Below, piece by piece: positions 37,051 through 49,590 of a stretch of DNA of 64,000 bases. Every line of letters begins with the position of its first letter. The first letter of the stretch is position 1. The position numbers and the translations under genes are program-made. The DNA is from Ramazzottius varieornatus (taxonomy: Eukaryota > Animalia > Tardigrada). Below the pieces are notes generated by a model that had not been told where the DNA came from, did no database searches, and was given only the letters and a program-made list of their open reading frames with translations. The DNA lies in the NCBI GenBank assembly GCA_001949185.1, contig BDGG01000003.1:2235663-2299662 (forward strand), in the 5' to 3' direction.

Positions 37051-37761
37051 GTCGAAGCTTTGATACAACGGAAGCTACACCAGAACGTCAAAGAACGGAA
37101 ATATGTTCCGGAAATGGACTCCAATGAGGAAGTAAAGCAGTTGGCGCGCTCTGTACTGTGTTTTATACTTGATGGATGCCCAAAACGGTTCCTCCGTCAC
37201 AGCCATTAGTGGACATGAGGGATGGCATATCGCTTTTGTTTAACCACTAAATGCATGGAGTAACAACAAACATTTTGAGATTCCCCGCGTAAATACGCGG
37301 AGGCGAGCGGTACGTACGGGAATGACCATCTGCCTCCGACAGGTAGAGTGCACCCTCCCCATCCAGGCTTGACTGCAGAATTTCTGCAGCAGAAAGGCAG
37401 CTTCTTCGACGCTTGACGTATCAAATGATCAAGCGGAACTCCTGCCAATTTCATACAGAAAGATCCTACTATCATTTTTATGTGAAAACAAGCAATAGAA
37501 AAATCTATGTCCTTGAGATGGAAAAAGGATGCCTGAATTGCCTCCAGTAAAACATGCAGCAAACTCCAATACAGCAAAAATTCCCCTGGTGATGAAAGGA
37601 ATGGAAAGAGTATCATATCACTAGACCAGCTTCTGTGTGACACCAAAAGTCGACTGGATACATGGAGCGATACAGCCTTGCGAGGTAGGTGTACAAGCTG
37701 GACCTGAATCCCAAATCGGTCGTCACAGCTTTCTGTGAAACAGCAACAACAATTTTGAAAC

Positions 37762-40700
37762 TCAATTACCATCCGGTTCATCATTGGTTACGTGTTGAAT
37801 AATCGAGAAAAACTTTGTCAGAAAGCCGTTTTGATCAAGAGTTCTCATATCGCAACAAAATGCTACTCGATACGGATCACCTGCGGTAGTTCCCATTCCT
37901 ATGCTGAAAAGTCTCACCCATGACATATCACTTACGCATTCATCAGTAAATATGTCTGCGCTTTTATCTCTGACATCCAGCTTCATCGTTCTCTTCTCCT
38001 CATCGGCTGAAATGCACTCTGAACCGTACACTTCCGTCAAGAGCACCCTGACGGCGTCAAAATACCGCCGCTTCTCGCTCAAGTCATCCCAGCTCAGTTT
38101 CGCTACAAGCACAAACCCATCAACATTGATATCCATCATTCTTCCCGTCATGCAACCAAAACGCAAACGAAAGTGCTTACGTAAAGGATCGCACGGTTCG
38201 TCCTCCTGTATATGCACCAACATACCCAACAAGGCATCGGATAACATATCCGCCACGGCGCTAGCGTCCCACTGAAACAAAAGACGGAACTCAATGCCGT
38301 TTTCTACAGACTCCCGTTTCCCTGAAATCTCACCTCAACGATCAAGGAAGACTCTTCTTTCTTGACCGTTATACAGTCAAGGAACCTGGCTTCGGTCTCT
38401 GAAACTAGTTCGACCTCCGAGCAGATATCCTGCATAAGATTTACCACGTTACCGAGACCGCCCGTATAGTGGATACAGACACGATGTGTGAGATCGGTCC
38501 TTGGCAAATCCGTTACATCTGAAAAGCAGAAAACGAGCCATACGTCAGTTCCACGATACCGTATGCAGTGATTAAGGTCAGGCTATTAAACGTACTTGGA
38601 ATGTCTTTGACGTCGGCAAGGGTATACGTGAAGGCTTTCTTGAGTAGCATTCCCGAGAACTCCTCTCCGTCCCGAGGTCTCTTTTCGGCTAAAGCTCCGA
38701 CGACTTTGACCGTCTTCTCCCCACGGAAGTTCAGCCCGACACTCCGCGTGTTGGCTGGCATGTGAATCTGGAACTTGTAGTCGGTCTGTTCAAACTCTCT
38801 CTGAAGACCCATTCTGAGGCGGCCCATTTCCGCTGCTTCACCATGCACCAAAATCTGTCGAAACAACATCCAAATAAGTATTAAAAGGAAAACCGCCATT
38901 CAATGGTTGAACGTAACTTCTTACGATATGGGGAGGTTTCAGAGCAGTGACGAAGTCTTTGGTCTGTTGGAAGTCGGTGTGTGCCGAGAAGGACACGTAG
39001 TCGACCGACATCCTCATCGGTAACTTCTGTCCGGCGAGCGTCGTAATTTCTTTGGGTTCCGACAGGATTAGCTTGCCCAGCGTGCCTTCGACCACGTAAC
39101 CAGCGATGATACAGCCGTTCTTCGGGTCTGTACACCATAACTCGAAGAGCTCTCTCGACAGACCGCTCTGTAACATGCCGGGGGTGGCTATCACAACGCA
39201 GGGATCTTTATCATCAAAATCTTCCCTTCCCTAGAAAAAAAGACCTTGTTTTCGCACGAGAATAATTGAGACGTCGCGGTAAAGGTTTCCATCCAAACCG
39301 TTGTCTCAAGTGGCTCACGTTTTCATTTTTATAGGCGAGAAAGTGCGCCAGTTGTCAAAACCATCGGTACAAGTTCATCTGGAAGAGTCAAAATTCATTC
39401 TGAGTCTGGCTGGAACATTTACCCGAATAGGCTGGATGAATTTGAAGTTGAATGGATTATGAACGGCGATCTTTTTCTTGATTCTGTCATTCATGGCGCC
39501 GGTGTAGGTCTGATAGACAGCCATGCATTTCTTGGCCAAGACGGAAGCGTAGTAGATCGGGTATTCCTGCATTTCCGGATGCATAGCCCAGTATTCATCT
39601 GTGGAAGAGCAGCCTTGCGAATGCGTCGATTACAAATTAGGTAGGGTGAAAATACTATACAAACCTAGTATGAGCTGGATTTCTTGTGCGCGGCCAAGTG
39701 CGAAGGCGGGAATGAGACATTTCCCACCTCTCATCAGAACGCTGCGGACTTGCTGTAGGAACCTGTGTTCTCTGGTTTCTCTGTCTTCATGAACATGAAT
39801 CCCGTAAGTCGCTTCCTGCAACAGACAATGGAGGTTATGGTAATGCCAAGGATATCGTGGCGCAATTACTTACCATGATGACCACATCGGCTCGTACTGA
39901 AGGAATCTCTGCAGCGCATAAATGTCGGTCTTCTTCTTTGGAAAAATCACCGGTGTACAATATCTGCAGAGAAATGTTATCGTCGGTCACGCTGATCTGA
40001 GATGCAGCATTTAGATGACCGTACCCGAACGCCAGCGATTTCGATCATGAACATGGCCGCTCCCAAGACATGACCAGCTGTATAACACCAGAATCGAACT
40101 CCCCCAACTTCCTTTTCCTACAAAGATGGCCAAGTTATTTGTGACAACGGAGCGAGAGAGCTAACGGGGCAAGTGCATAGTACACAAAACCAACCTACCT
40201 CGTGAAAGTCTAGGGTTTCGATTTTATCCATACTCTTCTCGATATCAGCTTCCGTAAATAGCTGCTCCTGTCCTTGGCTCACCCGCAGGAAATCACTGAG
40301 CATCCACCGGTAGATGGCTTTGGTGGCGTGGGTCATGAAGGTTCGTCCCTTGAATTTAGTCTTCATCAGGAAGAATGGTAGCGCTCCACAATGGTCCAAG
40401 TGAAAGCTAAAGGAACCTCACTTTGCAGTTTCCAAATAGTTCGTATATACTTCGCTTGCGCCGAATACTTACTGAGTTATCAACAAAAGCTCTATCTCAT
40501 CGACGTTGATGTGGTCAAGGTAGGGCAGCGAAGCATGTCCGTTGAAGGCCGGATGAATACCCATGTCCAACAGGATCTTCTTCCCCTTGAAGTCCAGAAG
40601 GATACACGATCGACCGACCTCTTGACCAGCTCCACTGTAACAGGAGAATATGTTAGACAGACTAGAGTGGCTGAATAAGTACTGTCTATGAAGGGAACCC

Positions 40701-41342
40701 AGGCTTACAGTGGTCTAACGGAAAGAATATCTTCTTCATCAACATTCCGTCCTTTTCCCTCACGTTTACCGCCTTTCGTACGGGCAGTCGGTGGAGTGAC
40801 TTGGACTTGTCCGCCACCTCGTTGATACGGCCGGACCGGCGCCACTCGTGGTCCTGCTGGACTTGTTCCACCCTGCATAGGGTACGTCATGTTGTTTCCG
40901 CCAGGTCCAGAAAACATTCCAGAATCCGGACGAGGTCCTGCACCAGGCGGTGGTCCCATAGGCGGTCCACGCATGCTCATGTTGACGCTGCCTGTAATTA
41001 CAGCAGAACACACTGAGCAGCTATATACCAACCCAACTTCCGGTGGCAACATTTACCTGGACCGAAGCCGCGCATCGGCGGTCGGCTGAAGCCTCCCGCA
41101 AAATCTCCTCGTGGTCCTCCTGGCCCGTAGTTACCGCCAAAGTTGGGTTGAGGTGGGAAGCCTGGCGGGCCGCGCACACCAGGAGGAAAGCGACTCCGGG
41201 CGGCATTCATGGCCATCATGTTGACGTTCTGTCCTCCCGGAAATTGCGAAGCGTTACCTTGCATTCGCGACTGGATCTGATTCGGCATTCCTCGTGGTCG
41301 GAACAGACCTCGCTCCGGTTGTCCCTGCTGTGGTCTCGACAT
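37762..41342 (-). CDS. CPSF3: CPSF73 pre-mRNA 3' endonuclease, multi-exon, with long low-complexity N-terminal extension
   Basis: SVRPL|[83 protein letters not shown]-terminal exon boundaries approximate. Confidence 0.93.
39295..39367. repeat. IR25 element (24-nt spacer), CPSF3 intron
   Basis: accgttgtctcaagtggctcac-[24]-gtgcgccagttgtcaaaaccatcgg. Confidence 0.75.
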
Positions 41343-41725
41343 CCTGATAATTCGTATATATCCGCAAAAGTATAAAAGGGAAGAATTCGCAAAAAAAGGT
41401 CTATGATTCATTCTAAAGCTCCGCTGGAAGGCCAGCCTTTTGGGCGGAGCTCTCTCAATACATTTTCGACAACCATACAGGGCGCCAACCTCGCTGCTTT
41501 TCTTATATATGGTACGCGGTGGCCAATAAAGATCAGCCATGCTTTACCAATTACCAGTTTCCAGTTTCGCAATCTCACCATAGCGCTTATCATTCTTTGT
41601 TCGTGTTTTCCAAATTCCAATATGCATTTCTAAACTTTAACTTTTTGTTTGAAGTTATTGTTGCTCCTTGCTCGTACTTGCTCCGGAGGTTACTGCTTGG
41701 TTCTTGCCTTGGGCTTGCAGAAAGC

Positions 41726-42823
41726 ATGCCCAGAGACGTCAAAGACGTGACTCGTATTGTAGCTACACCGTCCACAGCGCCTGTCCCCATCAAACGCGGA
41801 CCTGGACGCCCACCAAAGAATCCTCCTGCAGTGCAAGTACAAGCTACACCGTTAACCTCGTTACCCCCAGGTCCAAGACAGCCTGCTACGTTTCACGGCC
41901 GATCAGGAGAAGCAAGGAAGGAAATTGGCAATTGCGGATCGCGCGAGAAGAAAAGGGGAAGAGGACGGCCACCGCTCAAACGTCCTGCGGTACAGCCTGA
42001 TTCGGAAAGCGAGGACGACATACCTGCAACGTTCTCCGATGTGGTCAAGCTTATCATCCAGAAGGTCCAGGAGACGCAGGTAAAACTTCCGGGCCGGTTA
42101 ATAGTAGGTAACCGTGCTAAAATCTATTCGCAGCTTACACAATATGGGTCAGAATTCCAAGTGTTACCGCGATGACGTTATGCGCGTGTGAAGCTGGGTG
42201 TTTAGCACAGCCCTGATTGGGTCCAGCAGGCTGCTGCCCCGGATCTTCGGAGATGCCTTTCGCTGCTCCTAGCATTCTAATATTGACTTTTCTAATTAGG
42301 GACCACAAACTTTCACTATCTAATCACTTTTGCTTACAGCGCGAGATCAATACGATCGAGGAGTCTTACGACAATTACAAGAAACACTGTTACAGCTCGA
42401 CGGTCTTGGCCATGAGGTTCTACGCTGCCGTACCACAGCTCCATGAACGCGTTGCCGCTGGGGCTTCGTTCGATGAGTAAACCTATAGGTTCAAATTATG
42501 AAATCGAAAAGGAGCGTCAGCACAGCTTGATCTACCTTTGTTGATTCCAGTGATCTCTTGGAATCCGTCTTCGCAGAGCTTTTCCCACAGAATGGAGACG
42601 TAAAGAAGAAGCCTCCTGGCCAAGAAACCACTACGCCTGGAAAGATATCTGAACACGATGACACGAAGAGATTGGCACAATCGGCTGAGAAAGGCAGGGT
42701 GGACAGAGAATCGCATGCTGGTTCCCGATCTCCGCGACGGTAATTTTACTTACAACGATTCGTGCCTATTCTTTTGTCACATCTGCGTTTTCTTCTTATT
42801 TCAGATCTTCGCGAACACATTGA
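41726..42823 (+). CDS. Small orphan nuclear protein with two AT-hook-like motifs and a helical C-terminal half (4 coding exons predicted)
   Basis: KRGPGRPPK and KKRGRGRPP motifs; canonical phase-consistent splices near 42079/42340, 42476/42552 and 42739/42805; divergent from CPSF3. Confidence 0.65.
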
Positions 42824-43697
42824 ATTTTTTTATACCTGAATGATGAAGTGTTTACAGGAAAAGAATTACCTCTCTTACTTTTAAAGCCTTTTTCTCAAAT
42901 TACGATTTTAAATATTTTTCGAAATAATAGCGCTTGTAAATTTTACGTACGAACTTGAGCTTGCTCTCTTGCTCATTCCTTTTGCAGGATTTTTCCTGCT
43001 CGTTGCTCTTGATATTGTCCGTGATGCATATGTCACTGCTATTTTTGGTGAATGTGTCTGTAAAGAAAACAAACCCGCCAAGACCGATGATTGTTCCGAA
43101 GTTTCCCGTCATCCAATAGGGATCGATTTCCGTTGGTTGGATGTGCAGCACCTCCGGCAAGTCGTTTGCTGCTTTGTTCGTTATGAGTTAGTCTGGTGGG
43201 GACTCATGGGCGGGGAGTACTGCCAGTTGTGGATGACTGTTTGCCACTTCCCTCACAGCCGTACAAGTGCAACCGGCAGTAGTCCCCGATCTGATGCCTC
43301 ACTTACCGCTATTCTTCCTTTCTTCTTTTGCCCTCCACGACTGCGCCTTTCCGTCACTTACTGTTCATGCTTATGGTAAGCCACCCACTCGGCAAATTCG
43401 CTTGATTTTTTTAGATATTCCTCAGATATTCTTACTTGCCTCTTAACGAGTGCTGTGAATTTGCGGGTTGTTCTAGGTCGCTGATCGTACTTGGAGCGTA
43501 GCTTTCGGCAGTCTGCATAAATTTCCTCACGGGACCTTGGTGATTACGATTGAGTGTTTGCTGATCTTTCTTGATCTACGTGCAGTGGAATTCCACCGTT
43601 CGTCATTGATCTTCCGGATTAGAGGCGCGTCTTTCTACGTAAGTTCCTAACACACAACCAACGGAATCAAATTGGAGTATGTTTAGTTTACTTTTAA

Positions 43698-44130
43698 GGG
43701 TGATGCTATAGGCAACCCTTGAAACCCCGTTTGGCTATAGGCACCCACATCAGACCTCGTTTAGCTATGAGCACCCTGGTTTGATTCATTAATTCAAACA
43801 CCCCTTTGATGCGATATCACTATGGACACCCCTGTTTTTGAAATCAGTCTTTCTTTCGGAATTTTTGGCCAGATATACGCTGTGTTACAATCGAATGTAC
43901 TGTAGTAATCTTGACCATCCCATTGCCCAGTGTGAGCATACTATTCTGTCTAAGAACATAGTTTCTACCTCTCAGTAAAATTAGGGGTGTCGATAGCTAT
44001 GTGCCGAATTAGGGGTTTCCTAATTAATCAATTGAACGGGGGTGCCTTTAGCAAAACAGGAATAAAATAGAGGTGCGATAGGGGTGCCTATAGCCAAGCG
44101 GGGGTTTTAGCGGTGCCCATAGCCATTTCC
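43698..44130. mobile_element. Mutator-like (MULE) MITE, ~433 bp, long (~150 bp) imperfect TIRs
   Basis: Flanks TACTTTTAA (43689-97) and TACTTTTAG (44131-39); TIRs start with GG and carry repeated GCTATAGGCACCC motifs (left) and GGGTGCCTATAGC (right). Confidence 0.75.
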
Positions 44131-44703
44131 TACTTTTAGATATATGGCTGCCGATTGACGTGAAGCTCTTGTCCCATGGCGTTTTGTGTTATATGGGAAA
44201 AGAGAGGACCCTTACAGGTGCCGTCAAAGTTCGTGGGAATCGGCACTGGCAGAGTACGAAGTACTCGAGCGTCGACGTCAGGCAAGCTCGTGCTTGACCC
44301 GACAATCGACGATGCTGCTCGTGCATATCTGATTAATATGGCCGCATGTTATGCCATGTTAGATAAACATTTCTAAACCATCAAATTACACCCCAACCCG
44401 ATGCAGCTCCATTGCTGTCATTCCCGCGGGGTCCGGCCCATCCGGGTTGAATTTCGACCAGTGACGCCACGCGACATATTGTTCAAACATGATGCTACGA
44501 TTATGAGTTTCTCGCTTCGTCCTCGTTAATGCCCAGCTCTGAAATTAATGACCTTTGTTTGATTACTCTGATGGAAACAGTTAACGCTGAATAATGGATT
44601 TTATTAATTTTCTGTTTCCATGTCGTTTTTTTTTGTAGATGAAAACCCAGTCTTGAATGGAATTTCGAACCGTGGGTAATATCAGGCCACGATCCATGTG
44701 GCC

Positions 44704-44777
44704 AATTGTTATGTCAAGTAGCGCATGTTGTTGTTGTTAATGACTGAAGATGTGCGCCACTTGGAAAAACGATCTGG
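44704..44777. repeat. IR25 element (spacer 44727-44751), 5' intron of the MATH-like gene
   Basis: tgtcaagtagcgcat-[25]-gtgcgccacttggaaaaacgatctgg. Confidence 0.78.
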
Positions 44778-45355
44778 TTCCTTTCGTTTGCCCGCGCGCG
44801 TCCCATGTAGCGAAATCCTCGAAGAACCCCAATTATGGTATTTCGAGTTTGAGAAAGTTTCGGGGACTCACTTGACGCAGATGATGGAAAAACAGAGTAG
44901 CGGCAGCAAGCGGATGAACACGCAGAGAAACTCGGTAGACAATTTGTACTACATGATGCATTAATTTGATCACTTTGTCGGGCAACTCCTGAGGAGAAAC
45001 CCAAGAAGAGCATTAAAGCCCGATTGCAGCCTCTCTTACTGTTGCACGCATTATATATGGTAATGAAGGGTGACGAAAGAACTTCCCGGTGAGGTAAAGA
45101 ACTTATTCTATTGTCGGTGAAAAATGAGCTTTGGTTCAATTTCCGCGTGATAGTCCGCCACCGTGACGTTTTTCCGGTTCCACGATGAGCCTCATGTCGT
45201 CAGCGTTTTGTTAGTCGTGACTCCATGCTGAAAGCCTGTCATCTCCTGATCACTCATGACAAACCTTTTCAATGGTTTATATCGCTCTGTTAAACTTGGC
45301 GCTCTTTGCAGATGAAGGACCAGTGACGACAGCGCGACACTTACAGAGGTGAAAG

Positions 45356-48300
45356 ATGGTCAGTCTGTCGCGCTTTACGGACTTGCGTGATCGTCTGCAG
45401 ACCCAGATTTTCACTTTTGTTGTACCCAAGACTATTCTCAGTGGATATCACTCCGAAATGCAGAGTAAAGACTTCTTTTACGGATACCATAAGTGGTACG
45501 TACAATCCAGTCGAAAACTGAGACTTTCACGCACCTGCGTACAGTGACCTAAGCAGACTTTATGGTGGGGTTGTATGTATAGGTACTCGGGAACTTTCGT
45601 CTGCGGGCTTTTTCAGTCTTTCTTTTTCTTTGGTCTTCTTTAGGGCTTTTATGACATCACTTTTGTAGGTACATAGTCTTTACGAAGACGGAGCATCATT
45701 TGTGCGGGTCCGTCCGCCTTCGCGCCGAACCGAGTCCCAACGTGATGACATGCACGGTTGATTTCACAATCATCCTATACAACCGCGAGCACTTTAGCCG
45801 CAATGAAATCTATCACATTAAGAACGCCGTCTTCACCACGGATTGTCCCACACAGGCTTGTCCCAATTTTGTTGGATTAGAAGACCTTCTTTCGCGCCAG
45901 TTCACTGACGAGCAGACGGAGTTCATCGTCGACCTGGTACTAAAAAACCCACGGACCACTTATGAAGACAGCATTCAGGTGTGATGTGAAACTTTACAGC
46001 CGACCGTTTCTGGTGAACGTAACGTATGTGGGGTCATACGCTCGCACAGGAAAAGCATGATGTCGATAATTAGGCGTAGCCGGATCATCATCCAATTACT
46101 GGCTCGTTTCGGCAGCGGCTAAGTGCTGAATGCTCTGTGTTTCTGATGCAGTCCTACCTGTGAGATGTGACAGTTCAAACGCCCGATTTCAGCTTCGGAC
46201 GGTACATGGGTACACGGGGCTGCTCGCTATGCTGTTCGCATGAGACCGATTAGCTGATCTGACACCCGCTTGATTACTTGATCAGGTCAAGCCATGACCG
46301 GACATCGATCAGCTGATCGTGCTGCGCAGCGCATGGCCAGCAGTCTCGTGGTGAAACGCTGTTCGGTTGCAGAAGAAGCAGCTGTTACATCTCACAGGTA
46401 GGACTGTATCTAGAACGCTGGCAAATGATCTGACCAAGAATGTTTTCTCTAGTGGCGCATTCTTTCCGCCGACCACAATGAGTACGTGCGCCACTGAAAA
46501 CAACGATTGAATTCACTTCATTTGCCGACATTCCCTCTACTGTTAGCCACCCACCTACTGTCTTGCTAATCAGGAAGTAGTGCATGAAATACCGCAGCAC
46601 AGGATCAATACCGTATCGAAAATTGAAAACAGAACTACGGACTATTTTCATTATGGATGATAACTGAGCTCGCGAGAAACGGGCGGAATTCTTTTTGGTC
46701 ATGAGAAGCAGCAGATGTTCATTTTAAATGAAGAAATGTCGAATGATGAGTTCTAAGCGTCCTGAATCTTTTCACTTTTCACAGATGCCTTCGAGGTTGA
46801 AAGGCAGACCGATTGAGCGGTTGGAAAGCTCCTATTTTGCTTTCGGGAATTTGGAGTGGAATTTGGTACTAATGCCCACCGCGGCCGGAACTTTGGTGAA
46901 ACTCAACCGCATGACACATTTCGAGCACAGTTGCCAAACAAAGTTTCGAATATTAGTCGGCAGTCCCACCAACGCCAAACATTCTCGGTTCGTCTCATCA
47001 CTGCAAGAAAGTATATCGGATTTAGCAGGGACGGGAGAGTCGATCATGCTAAACATCGCCCTCGAGGTACTTACTTCCCTGCATTATTATTCCGCGCACC
47101 GCTCCTGTTTTTTCGTGTCGTCCCTTCCCCGTGTGGAAACACATCAATTGCGCCAATTATTGAGGATATGAATAGACCAGACAACAAACCATTATGTCGT
47201 TAGACGTCAAGTGCGCCCTCTAATCCCTCCACCATTTCGCCGGAAAGTCAATAATTTCCCTCCCTTTACATCCGACGACTGAAACTAAACAAAAATGAAC
47301 CAGAGCCGTTTTATTTCTAATTTTTATTTTTCAAACCTTAGCATTCAAGTACTGTATTAGAAGTGGGTTTTGGTGAATCCGAAACCCTAACCCAATCATG
47401 CATCACCTATCTGCATGCAGCCTTGTGGTATTTTTGACATAACATTTTTGTACGTAGGTACATGAAGCTGGAGAGTTTTGTTCTGAGTTGTTCCAACCTA
47501 TGCCGAATCGTCATGATTATTTTGTGTCGACATTCATTTTCCTTTTAGGATTACATTGAGGGGAATCAGCTGAAAATTGGAGTGGAGATGTTCTCGGCGA
47601 ACCTTCTCAGCGAGATCATACTTCCGGGTCTTCAGCAAGTCATGCATTTCTACGACCGCGACAAGCAGACATGGCACATGCAGCTGGGGACCTTGGAGCG
47701 CGGCGAGACGGAGTACCTCAAAGTGAATTTGTCCTATGACGATGTCAAGCAAGTCCCTCGGGATCACGCGCGTTATATCTCGTGGAAGCTCCACGTTCGG
47801 CCTGTCAACATCAACGCCACGTCCAAAACCGAGATCGTCGGTCCTTTTTGCAAGTACTACCAACAGAGGGATGTCGATTTTAGCTATGAGATCGCCACGC
47901 ACACTCCGCTCACACAGGTGTGATCTTTTGCCGTCCATGCTGGGTTTCATGTCGGTGTTTAGGGCTTGAACGGATATCGAGTGTTTGCTTAACAGGTTAC
48001 TAACCGTTCCACTTCCGGTCGTGACGCTTTTGCCGCTCCCGAGGGCCTTACGGAGAACTCGTATATTGTCCTAGTGGAATGGCTCCATATTCATCTCTTA
48101 CTACCCAGCCAGTTTCATCATTATGATGATCTTCATCGAATGCAGTATCACCAAATGTACTTCGAACCTTGAACCATAACAAGACGGCTACCGTGTAATA
48201 TGTTCCATTTTGATGTTTTGCAGGCGCCTTGAGTTCGCTACCGTACAAGCAGAGAGCTACAACCTGGAGCGAACCTTACTGCAATATCAGCATGGCTTCC

Positions 48301-48377
48301 ATCCCAATAACGCCGTTAGCCTCAAAGCCGCAAACCACTCAACTTCCGAGAACGAACCACAAGTCAATGGGTTCTAG
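45356..48377 (+). CDS. Uncharacterised protein with tandem MATH/TRAF-like beta-sandwich domains and C-terminal coiled coil; 6 coding exons
   Basis: QIFTFVV...SKDFFYGYHKW, VDFTIILYNREHFSRNE, ESSYFAFGNLEWNL, FYDRDKQTW, VEWL...YDDLHR...QAESYNLER; splice phases consistent; fold assignment from motif pattern only. Confidence 0.72.
46432..46510. repeat. IR25 element (spacer 46461-46485), MATH-like gene intron
   Basis: gaccaagaatgttttctctagtggcgcat-[25]-gtgcgccactgaaaacaacgattga. Confidence 0.78.
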
Positions 48378-48807
48378 CCAGTTCCATATATTCATAATCT
48401 AATTCATGTATCGCACATTTATTTTTATTTTAATACTTGGACGTTACTGAGAGCACTACGACACAGACGTTACAAAAGTACACAAGCCAGAATTACATTC
48501 ATTTCGGGGTTTGGAAGGTTAGACAGGCAAGAATGTCATGCGACTGTTGGGTTTCTCGGTTCCGCGCAAAAGGAACGCCGTAGAAATAATGATATCAGTT
48601 AGTGAGCTCAAGTTTAAAAATACAGATGAAGAGATGAGCAAGTGCCGTCGACCACTTTGCTCACACAGTATTCCCTCGATGGTTGTGGGCAACATTAACG
48701 GCGACAGTCACGTGATTCGAGAAACCATCGAGGGAATATAGCATTTGCGGAAGATTTCGGGGAAGTACCCAATCGATCCCATGTTCTTCCCTTCGACAGA
48801 AGAAAAG

Positions 48808-49590
48808 TTAAGACGTATGCTTTTCGGAGCCGGAAATCCCGAGCGGTTTCCGTCCAACAGCTACCACGTGTCTTTGGCCCCAATGCTGCCAGTGTTCGGG
48901 TTGCTTATGTCCAGAGACATGTCCGCACTTGTCTATCGTAAAACCCACTTTAATCAGCTCGCCTGTCAGATCATTCACATCAGCGCTACCGCTGATTGGT
49001 TTACTATGAGCATGGTTAACCGCTCCGACATCCGCATCCTTTTTCTCTGTCCCACTGCGGTTGATTGAATGTTCACGGTCCTCGTGTCCACTTCCGGCAT
49101 GAAAATCGTCCCCTTTGAAATCCCTATTTTTATCCGAGCCTTCCTCTCCGACGTCCATCAGATGTAGACCAATATGCGCTACGTGATGGCATCCAACAGA
49201 TACGAAAAGTTCCCCACCGGGCGCCAGCCAGTCGAAGCAATGTTGGATGAATATGGCCACTTGACTGTGAGGTAAACTGTTCAGCCATTCGCTGGCAAGA
49301 ATAGCCTGAAACTGAGAAGGTGAAAAATTCAAGTCAAGAGCGTTGCTGGGTATGAGAATACATCGCGGGTAGTCAGGTTCACGGAGAGCATTTTTGACAA
49401 CGGATAACTTCTCCTGAAGGAGATCGACGATGTAGAGCTTGCCCACTTCCGTATCCCGGAAAATGGAGTCGATCACACGACCGTAATACGCGATGCCCAA
49501 TATCGCCACAGATTTGTCCTTGGCGCAAGTCTTGACGTAGTTGAGAAAGTACTGCTCGAACGGGTCCAGATCCAGTGCTTGCTCGTCCAT
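48808..49590 (-). CDS. Intronless class I SAM-methyltransferase-like protein (resembles a phosphoethanolamine N-methyltransferase domain), degenerate motif I
   Basis: SVAILGIAYYGR (motif I-like), LYIVD, NALDLNF...QFQAILASEWL, DWLAPGGELFV; good Kozak context CCAACCATGG. Confidence 0.6.
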   Translation of the reverse strand: MDEQALDLDPFEQYFLNYVKTCAKDKSVAILGIAYYGRVIDSIFRDTEVGKLYIVDLLQEKLSVVKNALREPDYPRCILIPSNALDLNFSPSQFQAILASEWLNSLPHSQVAIFIQHCFDWLAPGGELFVSVGCHHVAHIGLHLMDVGEEGSDKNRDFKGDDFHAGSGHEDREHSINRSGTEKKDADVGAVNHAHSKPISGSADVNDLTGELIKVGFTIDKCGHVSGHKQPEHWQHWGQRHVVAVGRKPLGISGSEKHTS

